Source: an uncultured Spirochaetota bacterium (GTDB lineage: Bacteria; Spirochaetota; Spirochaetia; SZUA-6; Fen-1364). From it: a DNA stretch of 64,000 nt. Positions 23,284-34,268 of this stretch are shown in pieces (positions within the stretch are counted from its first letter, which is position 1; each line of letters starts with the position of its first letter). The position numbers and the translations under genes are program-made. The stretch covers positions 287,968 to 351,967 of the forward strand of contig CAVTHO010000009.1 of assembly GCA_963734545.1 (NCBI GenBank), read 5' to 3'. Under the pieces are notes generated by a model, which worked only from the letters and a program-made list of their open reading frames with translations, ran no database searches and was not told where the DNA came from.

Positions 23284-24105
23284 CTACTCGACGACGAGCG
23301 AGTACTCTTTCAGCCACGCGGTGCCTTTTCCGCCTGCAATCTCCGTGCCGAACTCGATAGACGCCACGTAGTTGTCCGCCGTGATGTAGTTTTTCGAGAG
23401 GAGATACTGGATGAACTGCCGGATATCCAGTGTCGCCTTGTTCTGCGGCCTGGCGCTTACAAAGGCGAAATACGCCCAGCCCTGGCCGTTCCCCGTGTCT
23501 CCCATGCTGTCGAGCTTCCAGAGCGAGTAGTCCGCCCCTTCAATCGAGACTTTCTCCATGAACGTGCCTGCCGGCTCCATTTTTTCCCGGTTCATCCAGA
23601 ACATGATTTCGGTCGTGATACGGGCAGGGGCAGGCCGCAGCGACGCCTCGGCAGTGCTCGTGAGCCAGATCTCGGGAGCGAGGTTGTAGCCCCCGCTTGC
23701 CTGCAGATCGATGTCGAAGCGCATCTTCAATGTGCGTATGTCGGTGACCTTCATGGGCAGTTTCGGGTCGGTGGACGTGCCGCCCGACCAGGGCTTCCAC
23801 CCGTAGATGATCTCGGGGTAGGCGAACACGCTCGCATTGTATCCGGGCCACTCCCAGCTCCAGCCGTACTGGGGAGCACCGTCCACGGTCCGGCGGAGAA
23901 GGCATTGGGAGGAGGGCCCAACGGCCTTTCCCTTCCCCCATTGATTGTTCTCGTAGACATAGGGGCCGTTGCGCATCTGGTCACCATCCATGCAGAGGGA
24001 GGCCGTGGCCGTCTGCCCCTCCGATTGCTGCGCCGGCGCTTGTGTGGCGCATCCGGCAAAAACTATCGCCAGCAGGCTCATCACGATGAGAGGTTTTCTA
24101 TTCAC
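23284..24105 (-). CDS. Glycoside hydrolase family 12 (endoglucanase-like) lipoprotein
   Basis: Lipobox FAGC. ENNQWG, YPEIIYGWKPW, EIMFWM and IEFGTE catalytic motifs. Confidence 0.85.
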   Translation of the reverse strand: MNRKPLIVMSLLAIVFAGCATQAPAQQSEGQTATASLCMDGDQMRNGPYVYENNQWGKGKAVGPSSQCLLRRTVDGAPQYGWSWEWPGYNASVFAYPEIIYGWKPWSGGTSTDPKLPMKVTDIRTLKMRFDIDLQASGGYNLAPEIWLTSTAEASLRPAPARITTEIMFWMNREKMEPAGTFMEKVSIEGADYSLWKLDSMGDTGNGQGWAYFAFVSARPQNKATLDIRQFIQYLLSKNYITADNYVASIEFGTEIAGGKGTAWLKEYSLVVE

Positions 24106-24116
24106 GGGATGAGGCC

Positions 24117-24887
24117 TCACTCTCCGACGTTTATCTGGTCCTTGCGGAAGTTGAAGTTGAACCACAGGTTTCCAAACTCGGTGCTCAATGTCATCAAGGC
24201 TTCCGCTTTCTCCCCCAGCTCCGCGACCACCAAGCCGTAGTATTCGCCATGCGGGTCGATGTCCGAGGGGAAGAAAAGCGTGTCACGGAGGTAGTCCAGC
24301 TCACGATTCGTTCCATTTATGTATTCACGCACATTGGAGAATGCGACGTCCCGTTCGTATGCCGCGCGGGCGGAGTCATACGTATAGGTGGTGTAGGTGT
24401 AGGTATCAAAGCCCCGATAGTAGCTTCTGCGGCCCCGGCCATAGCTCGAGTAGTGTCCCGTTGTCACCGTCGTCGTCGTGGTGCTGCGTCCGGCGTTCAT
24501 TGTGGATATTCCGGCAGCCACCGCCATCATGATCTGCCCGGCCGTGATCTCTTTCTGTCTCATCTTGAGATACTCTTCCGCGCCGTAGACCTTGATGTCG
24601 GCAGGGAAGCCGCCCAGCGGGCTGGTTTCCGTCAGCTTGATGTGGCTGTCATCCACGTAAAGACTTTGATCCGAGAGGTTCTTGACGATGATCTGAAAAT
24701 AGATCAGGTCTCCGGTGACCTGGGCGGAAACCACCACGGCCATCGAGTCATTGCCGGACATGAGCGTCTGCGTGCCCCTGCTGTGCTTGATGGTCGTGTT
24801 TTCCGACTCCTGCGGCACGAGACGGTAGGTGACGCACGAGGTCAGGATGGCAAGCAAGCCGACCAGTAAAAGCCTTCCTGGTTTCAT
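24117..24887 (-). CDS. Hypothetical lipoprotein
   Basis: MKPGRLLLVGLLAILTSC lipobox, Thr-rich stretch, GGAGGG RBS. Confidence 0.75.
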   Translation of the reverse strand: MKPGRLLLVGLLAILTSCVTYRLVPQESENTTIKHSRGTQTLMSGNDSMAVVVSAQVTGDLIYFQIIVKNLSDQSLYVDDSHIKLTETSPLGGFPADIKVYGAEEYLKMRQKEITAGQIMMAVAAGISTMNAGRSTTTTTVTTGHYSSYGRGRRSYYRGFDTYTYTTYTYDSARAAYERDVAFSNVREYINGTNRELDYLRDTLFFPSDIDPHGEYYGLVVAELGEKAEALMTLSTEFGNLWFNFNFRKDQINVGE

Positions 24888-25083
24888 ATGAGGGCCCTCC
24901 AAGCTCAATGTAGCATGACGACAGGGGAACTGTCTGTCTACTTCTCCAACACCATATTGACGTGGCCGGTGTCAAGATCATGCCAGTCTCCCGTCACAAA
25001 TCGGTGGAAAGGACACTAACAGAAATCCCCTGTGCGGGCAAGGCGGGTGGATTTCAAGTCTCGCACAGTCGGTCCCGCGGCCG

Positions 25084-26007
25084 CTACCTGCAATGCGCAT
25101 TGAGCCAGGCGAGAATGTCGTTCATGACTTCCCCCCGGTTTGTTTCATGCAGGGTCTCATGCCGGGCGCCTTCATAAAACCTCGTCGTGACATCCTTGAT
25201 CCCGTTCCGCTTGTAGCGGTCCGCAAGCGCCTTGACGGTCTTTGTGAACTTGCCGACCGGGTCCTGGGTGCCCGCAAAAAGGTAGATGGGCAGGTCTGCC
25301 GGGATACGCGCTTCGTTTCGCGCGTCCCACGTATCCGCCAGGAGCTTCGCCAGATCATTAAAAAACCCGTTGGGAAAGTGCTTGCCGCACCAGGGATCCG
25401 CGATGTATGCGTCCACCTGGGCAGGGTCACGGTTGAGCCAATCAAAGGAGGTCCGCGCGGGCTGGAATTTCTTGTTCAATCCCCCCACGGCAAGATTCTC
25501 CAACAGTCCGCCCGGCGCAACCGGGCCGCGGCGTTTCACGTCCCATTTTCCGAGCAGGACGCCGAGCTTCACCAGGGGATCCTTACCGTGCGTGCCGCTC
25601 AGGAGAGCGCCTTGCAGCTCTTTGCCCCACTTCCCGATGTAGTTCTGGGCGAGGAAAGACCCCCATGAGTGGGCGAAAAGGAAGACGGGGACACCGGGGA
25701 GCTCGCTCTTTATCTTGTCCGTCAGCTGCTTGAGGTCCCTGACAGTACCCTCCCACCCGCCGGGCCCAAGCTGCCCCTGCCTGTCCGGGCCGAAAGCGGT
25801 CCTGCCGTGCCCCCGGTGATCGTTCGCATATACCGCATAGCCGTTGCTCGTCAGGAGCTCCGCCAATTCAGCATAACGACCCGCGTGCTCCTGCATCCCG
25901 TGCGATACCTGGACAGCCGCCCGGGGGGCCCGGCCGTCCGGCAGCCACTTGTAGACGTATATATCGACCCCATCCGTATCCGTGAACGTGAATCCCGACG
26001 TTTTCAT
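25084..26007 (-). CDS. Alpha/beta hydrolase (lysophospholipase-like)
   Basis: HGMQEHAGRY, DHRGHG, AHSWG and RHETLHE motifs. Confidence 0.9.
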   Translation of the reverse strand: MKTSGFTFTDTDGVDIYVYKWLPDGRAPRAAVQVSHGMQEHAGRYAELAELLTSNGYAVYANDHRGHGRTAFGPDRQGQLGPGGWEGTVRDLKQLTDKIKSELPGVPVFLFAHSWGSFLAQNYIGKWGKELQGALLSGTHGKDPLVKLGVLLGKWDVKRRGPVAPGGLLENLAVGGLNKKFQPARTSFDWLNRDPAQVDAYIADPWCGKHFPNGFFNDLAKLLADTWDARNEARIPADLPIYLFAGTQDPVGKFTKTVKALADRYKRNGIKDVTTRFYEGARHETLHETNRGEVMNDILAWLNAHCR

Positions 26008-26032
26008 GCCACCCTCACTTTCGCATGACGCA

Positions 26033-26644
26033 TCATGTGGGCCGCCATGACATGCCCGCTTCGAAGTATTCCATCTCCGACACGACCGCCGCACGCGTTT
26101 CCCGGTCTACGAGCTTCTCGATCATATGAAGAGACAGGTCGATGCCGGCCGATATGCCGCCGGACGTCATGATGCGGTTGGAGGACTGCACATAGCGCTT
26201 GTCCCCGACGAGAGATGTGGTGGGTGAGAGCTCCTTGAGCTCCGGGAACGCTGTGTGGTGGGTCGTCGCCTCGCAGTTCTTCAGCAGTCCCGCCTTGGCC
26301 AGCAGCAGCGCGCCCGTGCACACGGAGAGGAGCCATTCGACCTTTGTCGATTGACCGTGTATCCACGCAAGCAGCTTTTCATGCTTCAACAGCGGGCGCG
26401 TTCCATACCCCCCGGGAACGATCAGGATGTCGGGCTGCGGACAGTCCTCGATGGTGTAGGCGGGAGTCACGGTGAACCTGCCGCGCCCGATCACCGGGCG
26501 GTGCGAAATCCCCACGTTATAGACGAAGAAAGCGGGAGGCGTAGTCGTCTGGCTGGCGACATTGAACACCTCATAGGGACCGGCAAAATCCAGGATTTCA
26601 ATGTCGTCGAATACGAGAACAGCAACATTGCGCAGATGCGTCAT
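26033..26644 (-). CDS. DJ-1/PfpI-family protein
   Basis: LDFAGPYEVF, IVPGG, SVCTGALLL and TSGGISAGID motifs. Confidence 0.92.
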   Translation of the reverse strand: MTHLRNVAVLVFDDIEILDFAGPYEVFNVASQTTTPPAFFVYNVGISHRPVIGRGRFTVTPAYTIEDCPQPDILIVPGGYGTRPLLKHEKLLAWIHGQSTKVEWLLSVCTGALLLAKAGLLKNCEATTHHTAFPELKELSPTTSLVGDKRYVQSSNRIMTSGGISAGIDLSLHMIEKLVDRETRAAVVSEMEYFEAGMSWRPT

Positions 26645-27459
26645 ATCAGCCTCCCCGGTTTTCTCTGGGCATGGATCAGGACGCAGTCATACGACCGGCG
26701 CACATGACCGCCGTTCCTGTTGATCACCTCTTCGATGCGCTTCATCACCCTCTGCTGAACGGCCCGGGGCAGGGACAGGAAGTCGGAGTAGGTCCGAAAG
26801 AGGCCGGCGTATCTCTCCGCGTCATACTCGTGCACCCATTTGTGCTTGAGGAGCTTCACCTTCTTGAACAAGCCGCAGCTCTTCAGCTCCCGCACCCAGT
26901 TGGCCACGTCTCCGCCGTAGTCCCAGACCTTCAGCTTGCCGCGGGTTTCCTTTTTTATCCTCGCGCCGAGCTCCTCGAGCACGCTGTCCTTGTGCCGGCC
27001 GGGGTAGTTGTACAGCAGCGCAAGAGAGCCGTCCGGTATGAGCAGCCGTGCGGTTTTCTGGAGCCGGACCGCGGGATCGACCCAGTGGAAAGCCTGGGCC
27101 GAATAGATCAGGTCGTATGAGCGCGTGTCGAAATCCACCTCCTCGAACTTGCCGATCCTGAAAGACACGTTCTGCCAGCGCCGGCAATTCTTGCGGGCAA
27201 GGGCGACGAGGTTCCTGCCGGGATCCACGCAATCGATCATGTAGCCGCGGGAGGCGAACTGCATCGTCGCCTTGCCGGTGCCGCAGCCGATTTCGAGCAG
27301 CCGTGATGACGACCTCAGGTTGGACAGGGAAATGATTTCGCGCACGACCTCGACAGGGTAGTCGGGCCGGTAGGCATCATAATCAACGGCCGCGGCATCA
27401 AAAACCGCCCCGCGTTTCAGCTCGAATTTCAAAAGCCCCTCCGGGAACGACATTGCCAC
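26641..27459 (-). CDS. Class I SAM-dependent methyltransferase
   Basis: YDAYRPDYP, LEIGCGTGKAT and AQAFHWVD motifs. Confidence 0.9.
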   Translation of the reverse strand: MAMSFPEGLLKFELKRGAVFDAAAVDYDAYRPDYPVEVVREIISLSNLRSSSRLLEIGCGTGKATMQFASRGYMIDCVDPGRNLVALARKNCRRWQNVSFRIGKFEEVDFDTRSYDLIYSAQAFHWVDPAVRLQKTARLLIPDGSLALLYNYPGRHKDSVLEELGARIKKETRGKLKVWDYGGDVANWVRELKSCGLFKKVKLLKHKWVHEYDAERYAGLFRTYSDFLSLPRAVQQRVMKRIEEVINRNGGHVRRSYDCVLIHAQRKPGRLI

Positions 27460-27526
27460 AATTCACAGCGCGGGGAAAGACCTTTGGCAGGAAAGCCGAA
27501 GGCGGGCGCGCGAGCCAAGGCGATCG

Positions 27527-28660
27527 TCATTCTATCAAGAGGTAGACATCGAACAAGTTGATGACAGGATCCCCTGTGCCCGAGGCCAGCTTGTAGGCCC
27601 CTTTTTGAAGATCATTTCCCAATTTGATGACCGAAGAATATCTTCCCTGGGCATTTGTCTGGAACTCCGCCGCCATTGCCGGCTCCATCCTGAAAGATAA
27701 ATCCTTGTACTGGCTGTCCGTGATGTGATAGAGCACAACTTTCGTTCCTGCGCGAGGGGCTTCGTTTGCGCCGAACAGGTAGAGGCTGTCACCCGCCTTT
27801 GCAGCTACTGAATGAGGATAGTTGAACGGATCCGGTCTCTTGTCCCTGGAAATCGTTGCGGAGGCAGTCGACAGCTCGAGCGAATAGCTCCTGGGCTTCG
27901 AAGTACTGTGGTCCGACGTGAGTCGAAAAGTCCATTTTCCGGCAAACGTGCTGGCAGGCGGCCGAATCGAAAAACCGATTACCGGGGCTGCATACTGAAA
28001 CCCGGAAGGACTCGAGGAATAGACATTGAAACCAGGATAACTCTTGAAGGGCAAGTCCCTGGAAAAGCTGCTCCCCTTTGGATCGATTGCCACCACGTGC
28101 AGGCTTTCCTGTGGAGGTGGATACCCTTCCACGAACACGATATTGTTCAAGCCGTCCCAGGATGCGATGAAGCCGTTTTTCGACGGCATGTCAGGGCCTT
28201 GTTCGATCCCGGTGATATGCATTCTCAGATAGGGAAGGCCCCCCATCGCGCCGCCATCAGCGCCCGCGAAGTACGACCGTGCCGGTATGGTGTCGGTTTT
28301 TTCCACGGTGCTCGCCGGTGGCGCATTCTGGCCTTTCAGGTCCACGTAGCCGCCGAAGCACCAGCCGACAGCCCAGCCCTTGCTCACCTCGAGCCAGGGG
28401 GCAGTGATCCCATCGATCGTGTCGACCCATGAAGTGCGCGAAGCCACGTGCACGTCATCGCCCCTTGTCAGCCTTGCCACTTTCTCCCCGCTCAGCGTGG
28501 GAAACGCCCGCAGCCGGAGACCGTCAACCGCGACACGGCCGATGATGCCCGAATCGATGGGCCCGGGCAGAATGTCGGCGGGAGACTGGGCGCCGCAGGG
28601 CGATGCGCAGAGAGCAAGCGCCGCGCAGGCCGCCAGGAGCTTTCCGGCGATGAACCTCAC
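27527..28660 (-). CDS. Secreted protein with N-terminal bacterial SH3 domain
   Basis: Signal peptide, then LRLRAFPTLSGEKVARL...W...GWCFGGYV. Confidence 0.75.
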   Translation of the reverse strand: MRFIAGKLLAACAALALCASPCGAQSPADILPGPIDSGIIGRVAVDGLRLRAFPTLSGEKVARLTRGDDVHVASRTSWVDTIDGITAPWLEVSKGWAVGWCFGGYVDLKGQNAPPASTVEKTDTIPARSYFAGADGGAMGGLPYLRMHITGIEQGPDMPSKNGFIASWDGLNNIVFVEGYPPPQESLHVVAIDPKGSSFSRDLPFKSYPGFNVYSSSPSGFQYAAPVIGFSIRPPASTFAGKWTFRLTSDHSTSKPRSYSLELSTASATISRDKRPDPFNYPHSVAAKAGDSLYLFGANEAPRAGTKVVLYHITDSQYKDLSFRMEPAMAAEFQTNAQGRYSSVIKLGNDLQKGAYKLASGTGDPVINLFDVYLLIE

Positions 28661-28672
28661 CGCTTCCTCCGC

Positions 28673-29353
28673 CTACTCTTCCAGCAGACCCAGCTCCCGC
28701 GCCTTCAGGGCGGCCTGCGTCCTGTCCCGCGCGTCGATCTTCTGCAGAATCGTGCTGACGTGGTTCTTCACGGTCCCCTCGGCAAGGAAGAGCCGCTCCG
28801 CAATCTCCTTGTTGCTGAGCCCCCGGGCAAGCAGGCCGAGCACGGCGCGCTCCCTGCCGGAAAGCGGATCCACGAGACGGTGTTTCGCGGCAGGCCCGGG
28901 CTGCGCCAGCCGGGCAAAGGCATCCATCACCTTGCGCGCCACGCCGGTCTGGAGCGCCGCTCCGCCCCGGGCAACGTCCCGCACAGCAGCAGCCAGCTCC
29001 GCGCCGGAAAGGTCTTTCAGAAGGTAGCCGCGCGCGCCCACCCGCACGGCCTCGAACACCAGCTCATCCTCGTCAAAGGTCGTCAGCATGAGGATCTTCG
29101 CGTCGGGCCATTTTCCCCGGATCCGCCGGGTGGCCTCGACCCCGTCCATTTTCGGCATGCGGATGTCCATGAGCACGACATCCGGCGCGCAGTCCTCGAA
29201 TGCCTGCACGGCCCCCGCCCCGTCCACCGCTTCACCCGCGATCGTGATGCCCTCCTCCATCTCCAGCAGCGTGCGAAGCCCTTCCCTCATGAGCTGCTGA
29301 TCGTCCACCAGGAGAACGCGGAGGGCCGCGGTCGGCTCGCCCGGCTCATGCAT
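28673..29353 (-). CDS. NarL/LuxR-family response regulator
   Basis: VLLVDDQ, DVVLMDIRMP and LSNKEIAERLFLAEGTVKNHVS motifs. Confidence 0.95.
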   Translation of the reverse strand: MHEPGEPTAALRVLLVDDQQLMREGLRTLLEMEEGITIAGEAVDGAGAVQAFEDCAPDVVLMDIRMPKMDGVEATRRIRGKWPDAKILMLTTFDEDELVFEAVRVGARGYLLKDLSGAELAAAVRDVARGGAALQTGVARKVMDAFARLAQPGPAAKHRLVDPLSGRERAVLGLLARGLSNKEIAERLFLAEGTVKNHVSTILQKIDARDRTQAALKARELGLLEE

Positions 29354-30564
29354 TGGCTGCACCCCCTGCCCCGGGGAGCGTGAGCCGCAGCAGCGTTCCG
29401 CCGTCCGGCACGGGCTCCAGGTCAACGCTGCCGCCGAACGCGGCAGCGCGCGTCCGCATGTTGTCCAGCCCGAAGCCGGTGCCGAAGGACACCGACTGCG
29501 CATCTCCCGCCCTTGAAAGGCCCTGCCCATTGTCGCGGCAGGTGAGGACGTAGGAGCTCCCCTCGGTCTTCAGGGCCAGCTCGACGCGCGTTGCCGCGGC
29601 GTGTTTCTGCACGTTGGTCAGCGCTTCCTGCGCGGTGCGCACGATCACGCGCTTCCGCTCGGGCTCGGGTTCGCTCATTCCCGGCTGGAGGTCCAGCGTC
29701 ACCTTTGCCTCCGCCCCCTGGGCAAAGACGTCCACGAGCGCGCCGAGCACCTCGGGAAGCGATTGCGTGTCCGGGCGCCTCCGTGCGGAGCGCGCTCACC
29801 GCCGCGCGCAGCTCGTCCAGACCCTGCCGGACCTGCGCGCGCGATGTTTCCACCATCCGGGTGGCGCGCGCCGGCTCGGAGCCGATGAGACGCGCGGCGC
29901 CTTCCAGGAGGACCGCCGCCGCGGTGAGCCTGTGCCCCACGGCATCGTGCATCTCGCGCGCCAGGCGCTGGCGCTCCTCCATCACCGCCATGTCACGCAG
30001 CCGTCCCTGGGCGCTCATGAGCTCGGCAAGGAGCTGCTGGCTTTCCGCGCGCGCCTGGAGAGAGCGGCGGAAGGCCACGGAGAAGGCGACAAATGCAAAG
30101 AACCCTACGCCGAAGCTCGCCATTATAGGCAGCCAATCCTTGTACCCCCGGACAAGCAGGCAGACGAGCAGCGCGGCGCTCGCGGTGGCCACCCAGGCAA
30201 TGGCCGCGCCCAGCGACAATCGCATCCCCACAATCGTGCAGAGAACGAAGAAGAGTATCGCGCCGAAGATCGGCGTGGAGCCCACCGCCATGATGGCGAT
30301 GCCGATTGCCGAGGCGGCAATTGCGGCGGCGAGGAATCCCGCCTTTCCGCGCATGCCCTCCGTGCGGAAGATCACCACAAGGAGCACCGCGAAAGCCGCC
30401 AGGAGCCCGGCGGTCCACGCAAAGCGCGGGCCGACGGGAATCTCGAGCAGCTCCGCCACCGCCACGCCCGCAACCGTGAGGTACCCTGCCAGGTGCAGGA
30501 TCATGTAGAGGCTTCGCGGCTTCTCTCCCGGCGCAGCGGCCGGTGAACGGTCATCGAGCGGCAT
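29346..30564 (-). CDS. HisKA_3 membrane sensor histidine kinase, frameshift near 29760
   Basis: Multiple TM helices, EERQRLAREMHDAVGH, QEALTNVQKHA, DNGQG and GFGLDNM. Confidence 0.9.
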
Positions 30565-30581
30565 GACCGCAGTATACCATG

Positions 30582-31737
30582 TCAGGCGATCGATGCGCGG
30601 CGCGCGCGGGACGCGGCCGCTGCCAGCAGGAAGACGACTACCGCGAAACCAAGGAGAAGTGCGGCGCTTTGCACGGCAGGTGCCGCCCCCGGGGCGGGAG
30701 AAAGGGCCGCAAGAAAGCCGTCCATGGCCCAGCCTGCCGGATCCAGTCCCTTGACGCTCCGAAGTGCCGCGGGAAAAAAGGAGGACGGGTACCAGCATCC
30801 TCCGAAGACCGCGAGCACCATCGAGAGCGCCAGTCCGAGTGATGCGGCCTGCCGGGAGGTTCTGCACACCGCGCCAAGGAGCATTCCCAGTGATGATCCT
30901 GCCAGGCAGAAAGCCACGGTCAGGCCGAGAAGCTCCAGCGGATGGGAGAACCAGGGGAGCTGGAACGCCAGGGTGCCGAAGAGTATCAGCAGGCTGATCT
31001 GCACGAGTGCGCCGAGTATCTCGGATGCCACGCTCGCCGCGGCAACCACGCTCCGGGGCGCGGGGGTCGTGTAGATGCGCCGCATCGTTCCCCGCCTCCG
31101 CTCGGTGATGAAGCCGGCACCGAGCCCGAGAAGCGGGACAAGGGCCCACGTGATGATCTGCCCGGCATTGCTCGTTGCTGCAGACGACGGCCCCTGCTGG
31201 GCAGCGGCTGGGCCAGCGGCGGCGGCGATCGTGCCGGCTGCAGCGACAGGCGTGGCAGCCGTGCCGGCGGCGGGGCCGGGCCTGCGACTGCAGCGGCCGG
31301 CCTGGCGGGGAACCGGACCGCGCAGCCTGCAGCCAATCCCCCACCCGCTTCGCCGTGGCGCTCGCGGATCCGCGCCACGGGGACAGCTTGAACGTAAGCG
31401 TGAAAGGCAGCCCGGTCCCGGGGGTCGAGTACGGGGACAGGCTGAGAAGCAGGTCGGGATCCGACGTGCTGATCAGGGCGGTGGGATCCTTCACTTGGCG
31501 AAGCCGGATGTCGGGCATGGTCGCGATCATTGCGGTGAACGCGCGGCTTTCCGGCGATCCCACCCCATCGTTCAAGAGCACAAGAGGCGCAACCTTCCCT
31601 TTGGCCGATCCGACGATCGAGGCGCCGGACAGCACGATGGTGAACACGAGGGGGAGCAGGATGAAGAACACGAGCTCGGCAGGAGAGGAGAACCTGACCC
31701 GAAGGTCCTTGATCACGATTGCGATGAATGAGCGCAT
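30582..31737 (-). CDS. ABC-2 transporter permease, frameshifted
   Basis: MRSFIAIVIKDLR...FFILLPLVF N-terminus and a TM-rich C-terminus with FGGCWYP. Confidence 0.82.
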
Positions 31738-31739
31738 CT

Positions 31740-32495
31740 CTATTTCCCTTTCGAGGGCCGGGTACGGCCCAGCAGCGCGGCCGCTGCCCACAGCGCGGCG
31801 CACATGATTCCCAGAGCGCCCATGTCCCGCAGGACGCTTGCCATGCCTCCTCCCAGGGCGAGGCTGAAGAAGGCGTGTTGACCCCAGTAGTTCGGCGTGA
31901 CACGCGAAAGGGTGTCCATCAAGGGGGTCGTGGGGATGACCGCCGCGAAGCTCCTGCTCAGGATTCCGAATACCAGGGTGAGCGCCATGCCCAGCGCGTT
32001 GATTCGTCCCGGCGTGCGGCCCAGCGACACCAGGAGCGCCACCCAGCCGCTCGCGCTGACTGCCAGCGCAAGGCAAACCAGGACAAGGACTGCCGTGGGC
32101 CCCCAGCTCAACCCGTAGAGGAGGCTCGAGATCCCGATCAATACAAGGAGCTGGAGGAACAGGAGGATGACGTGGGACGCGGTGTTCCCCGCGGTGATGC
32201 TGATATCGGCAACAGGGGCGGAGCGCAGCCGGTCCCGCACGCCGCGGTCGGAATCTTCCGCTATGGTGCGCGCCGACTGGCGGACGGACAGCATCATGAA
32301 GAAAAGCGCCATGCCCGGTGCGATGTAGGACAGCGCGTCGAAACCGCCGGCGGGCGCCGGCTGGAACGGCGTGTGCCCGGCCACCAGCCCGATGGCCACG
32401 ATGAGGACGAGGGGGACCGCGAGGGTCATGATGAGCCCGACGGGGTCCCGGACCGACCGCTTCAGGTCCTGCCAGGCGATAATGAGGGCGGCCAT
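31740..32495 (-). CDS. ABC-2 transporter permease
   Basis: MAALIIAWQDLKR, YIAPGMALFF, RLRSAP and TPNYW motifs. Confidence 0.85.
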   Translation of the reverse strand: MAALIIAWQDLKRSVRDPVGLIMTLAVPLVLIVAIGLVAGHTPFQPAPAGGFDALSYIAPGMALFFMMLSVRQSARTIAEDSDRGVRDRLRSAPVADISITAGNTASHVILLFLQLLVLIGISSLLYGLSWGPTAVLVLVCLALAVSASGWVALLVSLGRTPGRINALGMALTLVFGILSRSFAAVIPTTPLMDTLSRVTPNYWGQHAFFSLALGGGMASVLRDMGALGIMCAALWAAAALLGRTRPSKGK

Positions 32496-33446
32496 CACTC
32501 CGCTCCCTGGCCGGCAAGCTCGCGGCCCGTGTACGCAAGGAAGACCGTCTCCAGGTTCGGCTCCCGTATCTCGATGTCGTGGAGCGTGGCCCGGACGGCC
32601 GCGGCTGCCTCGACGATTCTCGGAAGGAGCAGACGGACCCGCGGGGCCCGCACGGTAACCTGCGCGCCGTCGCTCTTTACCGAGAGCCCGGGCACCGCGC
32701 GCAGGGACTGCAGACAGGCGCTCTCCTTCCTCTTTCCCTGACAGCGCCACGCGGAGCTGTTCGTCTCCGCCGACGCTCGCGGCAAGCTCCCGGCAGGTCC
32801 CCACGGCAAGGAGCTTTCCATGGTCGATGATGCCGACCCGGTCCGAGAGCTCCTCCGCTTCCGCCATGTAATGCGTGGTATAGAGGATCGTCGTCCCTTC
32901 ACGCTTGAGCTGGAGGATGAGGTCCAGGACCGACCGCCTGCTCTGGGGATCGATGCCCACCGTCGGCTCGTCCATGAACACCAGCCGCGGTCCGTGGAGC
33001 AGCCCTGCCGCGATGTTGAGCCGCCTTTTCATGCCGCCGGACAGGGTCCTGATGGCGGTTCCCGCCCTGTCGGCCAGGTCCACCTTTTCCAGGATCGAGC
33101 TGATCCGCCGGCGAAGGTCGGCGCCCCGCAGTCCGTAGAGGCGACCCCAGAAAAGAAGGTTGTCCTTTGCCGAAAGCTCCTCGTAAAGGGCAATCTCCTG
33201 CGGGACAACACCGAACAATCGGCGCAGCGCCGCGCTGCGTCCCCGCACGGAGAGCCCCCCGATGTGCGCATCGCCGCCGCTGGGCTCGATAAGCGCGGAA
33301 AGCATCCCGATGCTGGTGCTTTTGCCGGCGCCGTTGGGGCCCAGAAGGCTGAAAACCTCTCCCTCGTGAACATCGAAGCTCACGCCGTCAACGGCCGTGA
33401 GACTCCCGTACTGCTTGCGCAGGTCCCTGACTTCAACAAGTGCCAT
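32495..33446 (-). CDS. ABC transporter ATP-binding protein, frameshift near 32730
   Basis: GPNGAGKST, LSGGMKRRLN and MDEPTVGIDPQSR. C-terminal EPNLETVFLAYTG is in another frame. Confidence 0.92.
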
Positions 33447-33608
33447 GTCATTCCTCCTGATCATGGCACGAATATGCTTCCGGGCCCCCAGGTGCCGTAC
33501 AGTGCCGAAAGTCATGGAAAAGTCACGGTGACCGGGGAGCTTCAGACGGATGGTCGGGGTGACACTTTTCAGCCGCCGTGATGTTGAAGTGATCAAAGGA
33601 GCCATCCA

Positions 33609-34256
33609 ATGAAACGTATCCTCGCAACCCTTATCGTCATACTGATGCCCGCCCTGGTCTTTGCGGCGCCGCACGGTTCCCCGTGGGCGCGCGGCTACCC
33701 CGAAATGTTCGACCAGGATGCAGGGCCGTATGTAAAATCCGAGATCTCTCTCATCGAGAGTGAGCTTGGCACGAAAAGGCTCGGAGACTTCAGCGTGGAA
33801 GACATCGTGTCTCTTCGCGACAGGCTCAGTGTCGCCGAGCAGAAGGACCAGTACGTCAACAGTCTCGCCATGCACTCCTGGTTCCTGCCCGGGCTCGGGC
33901 AATTCCAGGCGGGCGATGTGGCGAGCGGCGTGGGCTTTCTGACACTGGACATGGCAGCCATCGCGGGGACGCTGGTGGCCGCATACTACTGCCTGCCGTC
34001 GGACCTTCGCTTCGACAGGCTGGATTACTTCAAAGACTCGTCATCCACGATCCGGAGCGCATGGAACAGCCACAGCTTCACGGACTACCTGCCCTCGATC
34101 GGCGTATTCGTCGGCGGCATGGTGATCGACCAGATCGTCCGGCAGTGGGCCTCCGCGCACGCGCGAGGCGAAGCGGTCCAGGCCGTGGATCAGGGCAAAG
34201 TCCAATTCACCCCGCGCATCGGAATCGGGTTCATGGGGTTCGGGGTGCGGTACTAG
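33609..34256 (+). CDS. Hypothetical secreted/membrane protein
   Basis: AAAGGAG RBS, signal peptide, S.FLPGLGQF TM motif. Confidence 0.75.
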   Translation: MKRILATLIVILMPALVFAAPHGSPWARGYPEMFDQDAGPYVKSEISLIESELGTKRLGDFSVEDIVSLRDRLSVAEQKDQYVNSLAMHSWFLPGLGQFQAGDVASGVGFLTLDMAAIAGTLVAAYYCLPSDLRFDRLDYFKDSSSTIRSAWNSHSFTDYLPSIGVFVGGMVIDQIVRQWASAHARGEAVQAVDQGKVQFTPRIGIGFMGFGVRY

Positions 34257-34268
34257 CAGCAGCTCCTT

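Noticed and set aside
24910-27526. Intergenic hairpins (about 25020-25060 and 27481-27502) as riboswitches or terminators
   Set aside because: No recognisable riboswitch consensus and no U-tract. I also saw no tRNA or rRNA anywhere in the window.
29422-33902. 1038-aa and 720-aa ORFs as permease-kinase or ATPase-permease fusions
   Set aside because: They are produced by frameshift errors and stop-poor GC-rich frames. Separate starts and stops exist for each gene.
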